Assembly (NCBI GenBank): GCA_947444925.1
Contig: CANFBW010000010.1
Coordinates: forward strand, 3,915 to 67,914
From: Flavobacteriales bacterium
GTDB taxonomy: Bacteria; Bacteroidota; Bacteroidia; Flavobacteriales_C; GCA-002722245
Reading direction: 5' to 3'
Length of the DNA: 64,000 nucleotides
Shown: in pieces, positions 1-8,339 of the stretch
How positions within the stretch are numbered: the first letter of the stretch is position 1
Layout of the letters: the number at the start of each line of letters is the position of its first letter
The notes under the pieces: generated by a model
What the model saw: the letters and a program-made list of their open reading frames with translations, nothing else
The model's database searches: none
Told to the model about the DNA's origin: nothing
Made by a program: the position numbers and the translations under genes

Positions 1-207
1 AAAACTTCTTTGATCGACCAATACAAAGAAGGTGATGAAATCACAGTGCATTTCAACCTCCGAGGCAGAGAGTGGGCTTCACCATCTGGCGAAGTAAAAT
101 ATTTTAATTCTTTAGAGGCTTGGAGAATCGAAGCTGGTCAAGGTGCTGCTGCAGCGCCTCAGGTTGCTGGTATCGCGGCTTCACAAGAAGACGACCTTCC
201 GTTTTAG
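1..207 (+). CDS. DUF3127-family protein, C-terminal fragment (5' end lies outside the window) ending in an SSB-like acidic DDLPF tip
   Basis: The frame is open from base 1. The motif ...VHFNLRGREWASPSGEVKYFNSLEAWRIE is typical of Bacteroidota DUF3127 proteins as I remember them. The C-terminus ...SQEDDLPF resembles the SSB tip DDDIPF. A strong terminator follows. Confidence 0.6.
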   Translation, partial: KTSLIDQYKEGDEITVHFNLRGREWASPSGEVKYFNSLEAWRIEAGQGAAAAPQVAGIAASQEDDLPF

Positions 208-235
208 TGCCTTAAAAACACCATTGCGTTAGTGG

Positions 236-285
236 GCGCAGAGATCACGGAGCTCCATCTGTGAACTTTGCGCTTTTTTATTTTT
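236..285 (+). terminator. Rho-independent terminator downstream of the DUF3127 gene
   Basis: GCGCAGAGATCAC (236-248) pairs with GTGAACTTTGCGC (261-273) at 11 of 13 positions. The loop contains the palindrome GGAGCTCC. A TTTTTTATTTTT run follows. Confidence 0.7.
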
Positions 286-323
286 CCCTTTTCCACGAAT
301 TGTATCTGCACAAAAATTTCGAA

Positions 324-536
324 GTGAAACAACTTCCTCTATTTCTTTCGATTTTCATTTTGTGTTTTGGCACAGCATCCTCGGGAAATACAATCATGAT
401 TTGCAATAGCAGCGCAGCCTATGCCTACCACGACCATTATTGCAGAGGATTAAAAGCATGTACCCACGAAGTGGAGACCGTATCGATAGCGTATGCGAAA
501 AGCATTGGAAAAAAGGCTTGCGGCTATTGCTGTTAA
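324..536 (+). CDS. Small secreted Cys-rich protein (hypothetical) with a C-terminal YH..C..L..C....C..CC motif
   Basis: The ORF-track start at 261 (GTG) lies inside the terminator stem. An in-frame GTG at 324 gives MKQLPLFLSIFILCFGTASS..., a plausible signal peptide. The C-terminal half reads YAYHDHYCRGLKACTHEVETVSIAYAKSIGKKACGYCC. Both the start and the function are uncertain. Confidence 0.4.
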   Translation: MKQLPLFLSIFILCFGTASSGNTIMICNSSAAYAYHDHYCRGLKACTHEVETVSIAYAKSIGKKACGYCC

Positions 537-580
537 AATTCCTTCTCGAGCATATTTATAATGGAATAGTAGAGTGATGC

Positions 581-1696
581 CTACACATTTCCAATAGTTC
601 TTCCCTTCCACTGCGGCGTCATCAGCACAGCAGCCGCAGCGGTTAATGCAATGTAAAAAGGATACAATAGACCTACTAATGGTAGAAAAGGCAACAAATT
701 TTGCTGCTGCGTGCGCAACACAACAGGTATCGTCAGCACTGCGTCCATCATCATTTTACACAAAAACATGGTAAGAACAAAAGGAAGGAGGTAAGGAAAA
801 AACACAGTAGTCAAGAGCACTGCAGCCATTAGTACATTGTATAAACCGACAAAGGCCGTGAAGATTTTTGCAGACAAACGATAGCCTTTGCTTTTGCCTG
901 CCCAGCGCACTCTCTGTTGCAACAAATCTTTCATATTCAGGGTTGCTTGAGTTTGCACCATTGCACTGACTTCGCCATTAAATCCAATACTTTTTGCACC
1001 AAATTTTTGCGCAATTTTTTGCAACAAAAAAACATCGTCTCCAGAAGCAAAATTATCTCCATCATAGCCATTCACCGCCACAAAAGCATCTTTTCTAAAT
1101 AAAAAATTAGTGCCATTGGCCAGCACTGGAAAGCCCATGTTGATGCCTCCAGCGGTAATACCCATAAGCGAACACATTTCAATATTGAGAAATTTATTTA
1201 AAAATCCATTTTCCTCTTTGAATTTAACAAGTCCCCCTACCGCTTTAAACCCACCAAATACAGCACTTTCAATCATTGATTGCAACCAAGATGTTGGCAC
1301 TATGCTATCGGCATCAAGCAACAAAACATAAGAATAGCGCGCTGCAGCAACCCCCTTGCTTATGGCAGCTTTTTTTCCTGCAGTAGCACTCAAATGCAGC
1401 AGTTGTGCGTTGGCAAGCACTTCAGCTTCGAGCAGTGCAACAGAATTGTCGTCACTGTGGTCGTCTACAAATATAAATTCATAAGGAAAGTCCAACGATT
1501 TTAGTTCACGCAGCGCCTGCACGCAATCAGACAAGTGTTTTGCCTCGTTTCGAAAAGCAATGATCACCGAAACACCATCCATTGTGCTAGAGAACGATTT
1601 GTTTCTCGATTTCTTTGTCCAGCCATACCAATGCAGCAAAATCACCACCGAATATGAAAAAGTATAGAGCATTAAAACGGGAAAGAAAAAACTCAT
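581..1696 (-). CDS. Family 2 glycosyltransferase (membrane-anchored)
   Basis: GT2 signature VSVIIAFRNEAKHLSDCVQAL....FIFVDDHSDDNS, then LLLDADSIV and QRVRWA-type motifs. The C-terminus contains TM helices. The start overlaps the upstream stop by 4 bp (ATGA). Confidence 0.85.
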   Translation of the reverse strand: MSFFFPVLMLYTFSYSVVILLHWYGWTKKSRNKSFSSTMDGVSVIIAFRNEAKHLSDCVQALRELKSLDFPYEFIFVDDHSDDNSVALLEAEVLANAQLLHLSATAGKKAAISKGVAAARYSYVLLLDADSIVPTSWLQSMIESAVFGGFKAVGGLVKFKEENGFLNKFLNIEMCSLMGITAGGINMGFPVLANGTNFLFRKDAFVAVNGYDGDNFASGDDVFLLQKIAQKFGAKSIGFNGEVSAMVQTQATLNMKDLLQQRVRWAGKSKGYRLSAKIFTAFVGLYNVLMAAVLLTTVFFPYLLPFVLTMFLCKMMMDAVLTIPVVLRTQQQNLLPFLPLVGLLYPFYIALTAAAAVLMTPQWKGRTIGNV

Positions 1697-2709
1697 GCTT
1701 CAGATTTAAATATTTTAACCCCATACAAAAACAAAGCGCCAAACAGCGCCGGAACAGCGAGATTTATGAGCCACAACACGGTAGATGCTTGCCACACATC
1801 GGCGTCAACAACGACATTTTCACTCCCCTTATACGCGTAAAAGGCATGCACCAACTGCAAACAAATTAAACTGCGGGTAAAACCCAATTCCATCAGTGCA
1901 GAGAGCGACAAAAAAGACAAGAACAAAAAAGTAATAGCAACAATGGCAAGACCATCAAACAAAGGCAATTCGATATTAAAGATCTCTAAGCACAAATAAA
2001 ACTGCAAAGAAAAAACCACATAACGCAATGCAGAAATAAGAAGCACTTCTTTGAAAAGCTCAGCTGGATTAAATAGAGACAAAACCCTAAAATATTTTTT
2101 AACCTTTCTTGGCAATGGCGTTTTGTTCACCGCACTCACCAGAAATGAAGGATTTAGCAAGGCCATGAGAAAAAACAAATTCAAAATAATGATCAGCGCG
2201 ATGTACAAATAATACCACCACTGATAAAGACCGCTAGACACATCGTACATCTTAGGCAAAAAATAAATCAATGCTGCATTACCAAAAAGAATGGTCACAA
2301 AAAGTTGGGCCATACTCCCATAAATCGTAAGCACAGTGCCTTTTATTCGATTCTCGGGACTCAAATGCAGAATTCTACCCATGTATTCACCCATCTTTAG
2401 CGGCGTAAAAATAGAAACAGTGACACCCGACAAAACCGCCTTATAACTCTTGCCAAAAGACACTTTTTCTACTTTAGATACTAGAAATTTCCACTTTAGC
2501 GCCTCCAAAGCCCAATTAAGAAAAACCAATAAAATTGCGACAGTAAACAAGCCTGAACTGTCTTCAATTTTTTGCAAAGGGGACAAGTGTTGAAACTCGT
2601 CCTTCTGCATCTCATGAAACACCTTATTGTAGATGTAACCGAAAGAAAATAATACAATGATTATTTTTAGTGCAGTGCCTGCGTACTTTATTTTTTTACT
2701 TTTATCCAT
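1693..2709 (-). CDS. Flippase-like / lysylphosphatidylglycerol-synthase TM-region family membrane protein
   Basis: A 338-aa polytopic membrane protein translationally coupled to the GT2 gene, which is the usual pairing for this family. The assignment rests on architecture and context only. Confidence 0.55.
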   Translation of the reverse strand: MDKSKKIKYAGTALKIIIVLFSFGYIYNKVFHEMQKDEFQHLSPLQKIEDSSGLFTVAILLVFLNWALEALKWKFLVSKVEKVSFGKSYKAVLSGVTVSIFTPLKMGEYMGRILHLSPENRIKGTVLTIYGSMAQLFVTILFGNAALIYFLPKMYDVSSGLYQWWYYLYIALIIILNLFFLMALLNPSFLVSAVNKTPLPRKVKKYFRVLSLFNPAELFKEVLLISALRYVVFSLQFYLCLEIFNIELPLFDGLAIVAITFLFLSFLSLSALMELGFTRSLICLQLVHAFYAYKGSENVVVDADVWQASTVLWLINLAVPALFGALFLYGVKIFKSEA

Positions 2710-2744
2710 CGGCTATCCTACAAGTTTACTTCAAGTTATTCAAT

Positions 2745-3296
2745 TTGTCAAAAGAGACCATCATAATAGGCATCGACCCAGGTACCACTGTCATGGGCTT
2801 TGGCGTGATTAAAGTTGCAAACAACAAGCTGACGCTGCTCGACATCGGTTCGGTGAAATTTTCAACATTGAAAAATCACGAGCAAAAACTAAAGGAGATT
2901 TACGAGGTGATGATCACCCTCATCAACAAACACCACCCCGACCACCTGGCGATTGAAGCGCAGTTTTTTGGCAAGAATGTGCAGTCGATGCTCAAACTCG
3001 GCCGCGCCCAAGGCGTTGCGATTGCTGCCGCACTGTCGCGCGAAATCCCATTTACAGAGTATGCGCCCAAGAAAATCAAAATGTCAATCACCGGCAGCGG
3101 CAATGCCTCAAAAGAGCAAGTGGCAAAAATGTTGCAAACACTACTGAATACAAAAGATCTTCCCGAGGTACTGGATGCAACAGATGGCCTGGCAGCTGCG
3201 GTATGCCACCATTTTCAAGGCGGCAACAAAAGCGAGGGCAAAAAATACAGCGGCTGGGATGCTTTTGTAAAGCAGAATCCTAAAAAAACAAAATGA
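2745..3296 (+). CDS. ruvC: Crossover junction endodeoxyribonuclease RuvC
   Basis: IIIGIDPGTTVMGFGVI...LAIEAQFFGKNVQSMLKLGRAQGVAIAAAL...ATDGLAAAVCH. I prefer the in-frame TTG at 2745 as the start because it gives 183 aa. The GTG at 2670 would overlap the divergent gene. Confidence 0.9.
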   Translation: MSKETIIIGIDPGTTVMGFGVIKVANNKLTLLDIGSVKFSTLKNHEQKLKEIYEVMITLINKHHPDHLAIEAQFFGKNVQSMLKLGRAQGVAIAAALSREIPFTEYAPKKIKMSITGSGNASKEQVAKMLQTLLNTKDLPEVLDATDGLAAAVCHHFQGGNKSEGKKYSGWDAFVKQNPKKTK

Positions 3297-3484
3297 TTAT
3301 CGCAATTGTACCAGTCCTATGACAGAAGTAGCGATAGATCCTTCGGAGTACCTCAGGAGGACAATCATTCTCGAAAAACCTATGTACAATCGTTCGCATT
3401 CATCTCCGTGCGCTTTAAGATTAACAGGAGAAACGAAGTTTCGCTCTTTGAAGGATCTATCGCCCTTAACATAAATCTACTGGC
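3293..3484. repeat. Structured repeat / candidate ncRNA, copy A (core hairpin 3333..3461)
   Basis: GATAGATCCTTC (3333-3344) pairs perfectly with GAAGGATCTATC (3450-3461). The segments GGAGTACCTCAGGAGGACA and AGATTAAnAGGAGAAACGAAGTnTCG are shared with the copies at 22441 and 62292. The flanks ATGATTAT..AATTGTACCAGT and AACATAAATnTACTG are shared with copy C. Confidence 0.7.
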
Positions 3485-3704
3485 GCCATTCAAGACAATC
3501 ATTAAAAAAAAGTAGTTTCCATCGTCCAGCAGCAGACTGCGCTTGCCTTTCGGCGGAGAGCAAGGAGATGACATAAAAAACTACTATTTCAATTCCCCAC
3601 CTTTACACTTCCCGCCGAAGCCCTCTCCTCGGAGAAGGAAAAAAAAACGCTTTACTTCGTCGAAAACATACAGATTGCTATCTTTACTCCTCAATTTTGA
3701 AACA

Positions 3705-4979
3705 ATGCTTGTAGTAAAAGACATCCTCGACAATAAGGAAAAAGCCATCATCGGCCTTAAAAAAAGAAACATCGCCACAGCAGAAGTGCTGATTGAACAA
3801 GTGATCACCCTCGACGCACAGCGCAAAACTGCCACTACAGAAATGGAAAATGTGTTGGCAGAAAGCAACAAAATCGCCAAGTCGGTGGGACAGTTGATGA
3901 AGGAAGGCAAAAAGGACGAAGCCGAAATTGAAAAACAAAAAGCAGCAGAATTGCGCAATCAGTCTTTGTCTTTGAAAGAAGATTTAAGCACCATTGAACA
4001 GAAACTGCAAACCTTACTGTACAGCATTCCCAACATTCCGAGTGAAACTGTACCAGCGGGGAAAATGCCCGAAGACAATGAAATCGTTTACACGCAAGGC
4101 GATATCCCTAAACTGCACGAAGGCGCTGTGCCCCACTGGGACTTGCTTAAAAAATACAAACTCGTTGACTTTGAGGTGGGCGTTAAAATCACTGGCGCCG
4201 GATTTCCGGTATTCAAAGGCAAAGGCGCTCAACTCAACCGCGCACTGATCAACTTTTTTTTAGCAGAAGCAGCAAAAGCGGGCTACGAAGAAATCATTCC
4301 GCCACTGATGGTAAACGAAGCATCGGGCTATGGCACAGGGCAGCTTCCCGACAAAGAAGGACAAATGTACCACGTGCAAATAGACGACCTGTATTTGATT
4401 CCAACCGCCGAAGTACCCGTTACTAATTTGTACCGCGATGAAATTGTAAACATGGATATTCTGCCCATTAAAAACGTGGCGTATACTCCTTGCTTCCGCA
4501 GAGAAGCAGGTTCATACGGCAAAGATGTGCGCGGCCTAAACCGCTTGCATCAATTCGACAAAGTTGAAATTGTTCAAATTCAACATCCCGATAAATCGTA
4601 CGACACATTGAACGAAATGGTAGAGCACGTGAAAGGCTTGGTGACCAAACTCGGCTTGCCTTTCCGCATTTTGAAACTGTGTGGTGGCGACATGGGCTTC
4701 ACCTCAGCGCTGACTTACGATTTTGAAGTATATTCAGCAGCACAAGAAAAATGGTTGGAGGTGAGTTCAGTTTCCAACTTTGAAACATTTCAAGCCAACC
4801 GCCTGAAATTACGGTACAAAAGCGGTCAAGAAAAACCACAGCTTGCACACACTTTAAATGGCAGCGCACTTGCGCTACCCCGCATCCTAGCTGCATTGCT
4901 TGAAAACAATCAAGATGCCGAAGGCATCAATATTCCTGAAGTGCTGCACCCCTACTTGTCGTTCAAAAAAATAAATTGA
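3705..4979 (+). CDS. serS: Seryl-tRNA synthetase
   Basis: The N-terminal coiled-coil arm begins MLVVKDILDNKEKAI. Class II core motifs include FRREAGSYGKDVRGLNRLHQFDKVE and TLNGSALALPRILAALLENNQ. I use the ATG at 3705 (424 aa). The ORF-track extension back to 3543 runs through intergenic sequence. Confidence 0.93.
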   Translation: MLVVKDILDNKEKAIIGLKKRNIATAEVLIEQVITLDAQRKTATTEMENVLAESNKIAKSVGQLMKEGKKDEAEIEKQKAAELRNQSLSLKEDLSTIEQKLQTLLYSIPNIPSETVPAGKMPEDNEIVYTQGDIPKLHEGAVPHWDLLKKYKLVDFEVGVKITGAGFPVFKGKGAQLNRALINFFLAEAAKAGYEEIIPPLMVNEASGYGTGQLPDKEGQMYHVQIDDLYLIPTAEVPVTNLYRDEIVNMDILPIKNVAYTPCFRREAGSYGKDVRGLNRLHQFDKVEIVQIQHPDKSYDTLNEMVEHVKGLVTKLGLPFRILKLCGGDMGFTSALTYDFEVYSAAQEKWLEVSSVSNFETFQANRLKLRYKSGQEKPQLAHTLNGSALALPRILAALLENNQDAEGINIPEVLHPYLSFKKIN

Positions 4980-6820
4980 TGTTGACCTACTTGCACCGCA
5001 ATATTGTTTTTCTGCTTTTCAGCGTTAGCTGCCTAACAGTAAGCCCTTCTTTCGGTCAAGACAATGGACAAATACAATTCAACTTAGGGAAACAATTTTA
5101 CGGCGAGGGCGAGTTTGACAAGTCCTCTGAAATTTTTGAAGAGCTCTATAAAAAATCAAAATCAGAAGAAGTTTACGAATATCTGCTGACCAGTTATGTG
5201 TCTGCAAAAATGTACAAGGCCGCGGAGAAACTGGTGGAGAAAAAAATAAAAGATTTTCCGAAAAGCACGCTTTACCCCATCGACCTTGGATTTGTGTATA
5301 CCGCAGCGGCAGACGAAAAAAAGGCAACTAAAAGTTTTGAAAAATCGTTGGCGTTATTGCCCGCCGACAATCAAGAAATTATTGTGTGTGCTGGTCGCTT
5401 CCTCAAAAGAAAGCAAGCCAACTGGGCCATTCAATGCTACTTGAAAGGGCGAAAACTGGTGCACAACGATTACCCTTTTTCATTTGAACTCGCTGATGTT
5501 TACCGTTCGCAAGACAACTATTCAGAAATGATCAACGAATATTTGTATGTTCTTGAATATGGCGAAGGCTACTTATCAGAAGTGCAAAATGCATTACTCA
5601 ACGCCATCGGAGAAGATCCTCAGGGCCGAAAGAAACAAGTACTGAAAGACAACCTACTCAAGAAAATTCAAGAGAATCCAAGCAACGATCTCTACCTCGA
5701 AATGCTAATTTGGGAGTTGATTCAAGAAAAAGAATTTTCGGCAGCACTCACCCAAACAAAAGCGATAGACAAGCGGAAGCGCGAGGATGGACAACGTTTG
5801 ATGCGCCTCTCTGAACTTTGTTTGAAAAACGAAGATTACGACAATGCCGCCAAAGCACTGAAATATGTCATCGACAAAGGCGAAAACAGCATGTATTACC
5901 GTCACGCCAAAATGAATTTATTGAAGGTGTTGAATCAAAAAATTACAACACGTCCCGACTACACCACACAAGATTTATCGGAATTGCAAAGCGCTTATGT
6001 TTCAGGGTTGAACGAACTCGGAAAAAACACTTTTACGCTCGAGATGATGCAAGACTATGCGCATTTACTGGCCTTCTTTTTGCACCAACCCGAAAAAGCA
6101 ATAGTCCTTTTAAAGGAAGCCATTGCTATGCCACGCGCCAGCGTTCAACAAATTGCGGATAGTAAATTGGAGCTGGGTGACATCTACCTGATATCCAACA
6201 AAATTTGGGATGCAAGTCTGCTCTATTCACAAGTAGAATTGGATTTCAAATACGATGTCATTGGACAGGATGCCAAATACAGAAATGCAAAAATATCTTA
6301 CTACAGTGGCGACTTCAAATGGGCCAAAGCACAACTCGATGTATTGAAAGCGGCCACCGATCGCTACATCGCCAACGACGCCATGTATTTGTCGATACTC
6401 ATCACCAGCAATACCTTGCTCGACACCATCACTACCCCTCTTGAAATGTTTGCAAGAGCCGATTTACTTGAATTTCAAAACCAAGATTCACTCAGCATGC
6501 TGACCTTGGATTCGCTTGAAAAAGAATTCAAGTCGCGCTACAATCTAATGGATGACGTGAGCTATTTACGCGCACAAATATATTTAAAAAAACACCTGTG
6601 GACACAAGCCGCAGAAGCGCTTCAAAAGACTTATGAATACAAAGATTTACTGGCTGACGACGCGCTGTTCAAACTCGCTGAACTTTATGAAAATGTGTTG
6701 AACGACAAAGTAAAAGCGCAAGCAAAATATGAAGAAATACTATTTAAATTTCCGGGCAGCATCTACGTTGAAGAAGCCCGCAAAAGATTCAGAAGGTTAC
6801 GAGGAGATAAAGAATTTTAA
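4976..6820 (+). CDS. Tetratricopeptide-repeat protein with an N-terminal signal peptide
   Basis: 614 aa with a hydrophobic N-terminus and repeated TPR-like A/Y/L-spaced helices. The start overlaps the serS stop (ATGA). Confidence 0.7.
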   Translation: MMLTYLHRNIVFLLFSVSCLTVSPSFGQDNGQIQFNLGKQFYGEGEFDKSSEIFEELYKKSKSEEVYEYLLTSYVSAKMYKAAEKLVEKKIKDFPKSTLYPIDLGFVYTAAADEKKATKSFEKSLALLPADNQEIIVCAGRFLKRKQANWAIQCYLKGRKLVHNDYPFSFELADVYRSQDNYSEMINEYLYVLEYGEGYLSEVQNALLNAIGEDPQGRKKQVLKDNLLKKIQENPSNDLYLEMLIWELIQEKEFSAALTQTKAIDKRKREDGQRLMRLSELCLKNEDYDNAAKALKYVIDKGENSMYYRHAKMNLLKVLNQKITTRPDYTTQDLSELQSAYVSGLNELGKNTFTLEMMQDYAHLLAFFLHQPEKAIVLLKEAIAMPRASVQQIADSKLELGDIYLISNKIWDASLLYSQVELDFKYDVIGQDAKYRNAKISYYSGDFKWAKAQLDVLKAATDRYIANDAMYLSILITSNTLLDTITTPLEMFARADLLEFQNQDSLSMLTLDSLEKEFKSRYNLMDDVSYLRAQIYLKKHLWTQAAEALQKTYEYKDLLADDALFKLAELYENVLNDKVKAQAKYEEILFKFPGSIYVEEARKRFRRLRGDKEF

Positions 6821-6897
6821 ATGCAAATTTTCAATTTGAGGTTTGAACCAACACGAATGAAAATTCAATCTAACTTCAATCAAAAAATCAAAAAACC

Positions 6898-7200
6898 ATG
6901 ATCATCTACAGTATTACTTTCGCAATTGAAGACAACCTACAGGAAGAATGGTTGGAGTGGACGAAGGAACACTTCATTGGCAGCATCATGGAACTTGGTC
7001 TTTTCAACGATTTCCGCTTCAGTAAAACACATCCACGCGCCGACGTGGATACTGCCTACAACATTCAATTTCGCTGCGATTCATTAACGCATCTTGAAAT
7101 TTTTGAAGCCCAACACGCCGACGCTGTAAATGCAAAAATGATGCAAAAATACCGCGGCAAATTCGGTACCTTCAAAATGGTTTTAGAGGAAATAAATTAG
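6898..7200 (+). CDS. DUF4286-family protein
   Basis: 100 aa. [27 protein letters not shown]... matches the small Bacteroidota family I recall as DUF4286. Confidence 0.6.
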   Translation: MIIYSITFAIEDNLQEEWLEWTKEHFIGSIMELGLFNDFRFSKTHPRADVDTAYNIQFRCDSLTHLEIFEAQHADAVNAKMMQKYRGKFGTFKMVLEEIN

Positions 7201-7214
7201 GCTATCTTAGCACC

Positions 7215-8021
7215 ATGAAATACGAATCAAAATACAAAGACGCCACACCAAAGCACGACGATGCCGTTCGTGCGAAAAAACATTTGGGTCAGCACTTCTT
7301 AAAAGACGAAAGTATTTCAAAAGCCATTGCCGATGCCTTGCAGTTTCACTTGAACTACAACAGCGTTATCGAAGTGGGACCAGGAATGGGCGTTTTAACC
7401 AAATACCTCGTTAAAAACACAGCAATCAAAAATTTCAAAGTCGTTGAAATCGACAGAGAGTCAGTTGCTTTTTTAAAAGTGAATTACCCCGACTTGCAAA
7501 TTCTCGAGGCCGACTTTTTACAATTGAATTTAGAAGAATTATTCGATCAAAATTTTGCTGTCATTGGCAATTTCCCCTACAATATTTCCACACAAATACT
7601 TTTCAAAGTACTTGACTACCGCGACAAAGTGCCTGAGGTAGTGGGCATGTTTCAAAAAGAAGTGGCCGAAAGAATTGCAGCGCCTCCCGGCAGTAAAACC
7701 TACGGCATCACTAGTGTTTTGCTGCAGGCATTTTACGACATTGAATACTTGTTCACCGTAGAACCACATGTTTTCAATCCGCCACCCAAAGTGAAATCAG
7801 CAGTAATTCGCCTCAAGCGCAATACGCGTGCGCAACTTCCGTGCGATGAAACGCTGTTTTTTAAAATTGTAAAAACAGGTTTTAATCAAAGAAGAAAAAC
7901 TTTACACAACGCATTAAAATCTTTGAATTTGCAGGTTCCCGAAGAATACAAAACACTACGAGCAGAAGTGCTCAGTGTTGAAGATTACATTAAAATTGTA
8001 TTGGCAAATAGCCCTGCTTAA
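7215..8021 (+). CDS. rsmA: 16S rRNA (adenine1518/1519-N6)-dimethyltransferase RsmA/KsgA
   Basis: [11 protein letters not shown], the SAM motif [29 protein letters not shown], and [11 protein letters not shown]. Confidence 0.92.
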   Translation: MKYESKYKDATPKHDDAVRAKKHLGQHFLKDESISKAIADALQFHLNYNSVIEVGPGMGVLTKYLVKNTAIKNFKVVEIDRESVAFLKVNYPDLQILEADFLQLNLEELFDQNFAVIGNFPYNISTQILFKVLDYRDKVPEVVGMFQKEVAERIAAPPGSKTYGITSVLLQAFYDIEYLFTVEPHVFNPPPKVKSAVIRLKRNTRAQLPCDETLFFKIVKTGFNQRRKTLHNALKSLNLQVPEEYKTLRAEVLSVEDYIKIVLANSPA

Positions 8022-8327
8022 AGCTAATTTTTACTTTGCAGCACTTGCGCTTTTCACCAAAGCACTTTCACTTAACTCACCGGCCTGCCGCCAAAAAATC
8101 TATCCATTACTTCTTTTGATTCGAAGTACTCCTTGCCATAGATTTTTAATGGGAGCAAGTGGTAAGTTGTGAATGACGCATTTTTTATACGCCATTTCTA
8201 CATTGTGTAAATTTACGTGCCAGGGCACGATTTAATGTGATGTCAACATCAATTTTTCATTAATTTGCATTAAGAAATAGTTAAGCAGAAAATTGAGTGC
8301 TGTGCTTTCCCCTTTCACAATTAGCGC

Positions 8328-8335
8328 TATCTTTG
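8328..8335 (+). promoter_or_regulatory. Bacteroidota sigma-A -7 box (TATCTTTG) for mgtE
   Basis: Exact match to TAnnTTTG. Its last G lies 4 nt before the mgtE ATG, which implies a leaderless or near-leaderless mRNA. Confidence 0.35.
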
Positions 8336-8339
8336 CACC

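Noticed and set aside
3333-3461. Possible hammerhead or other small self-cleaving ribozyme in the repeat core (GAAAC...GUUUCGGUC resembles GAAA, stem III and a GUC site)
   Set aside because: The CUGANGA core is absent on both strands. The nearest strings (CUGAAAU, CUGAGAG, CUGAGGU) violate invariant positions, and copy A lacks them entirely. I could not fit any other ribozyme consensus from memory either.
3306-3574. ORFs across the structured repeats (3306..3515 plus, 3380..3574 minus, 62224..62457 minus, 22638..22835 minus), whose peptides look similar to one another (RAIDPSKSETSFLLL...)
   Set aside because: The similarity only reflects nucleotide identity of the repeats. Copy B is read in a different frame (DRSFKDRNFVSPL), and indels between copies break any common frame, so the conservation is non-coding.
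3543-3704. N-terminal extensions suggested by the ORF track for serS (3543), rimP (44596), ruvB (27203), lptC (51287), the SPOR gene (39222), the ubiquitin-like gene (25158) and the SRPBCC gene (61578)
   Set aside because: The extensions run through intergenic, terminator-hairpin or upstream-gene sequence and add non-homologous residues. Internal ATGs give canonical N-termini and lengths.
8022-8339. M-box (ykoK) Mg riboswitch upstream of mgtE
   Set aside because: I could not recognise the conserved M-box core by eye. A -7 promoter box sits directly at the ATG, which suggests this region is not transcribed as a leader. This needs confirmation with cmscan.
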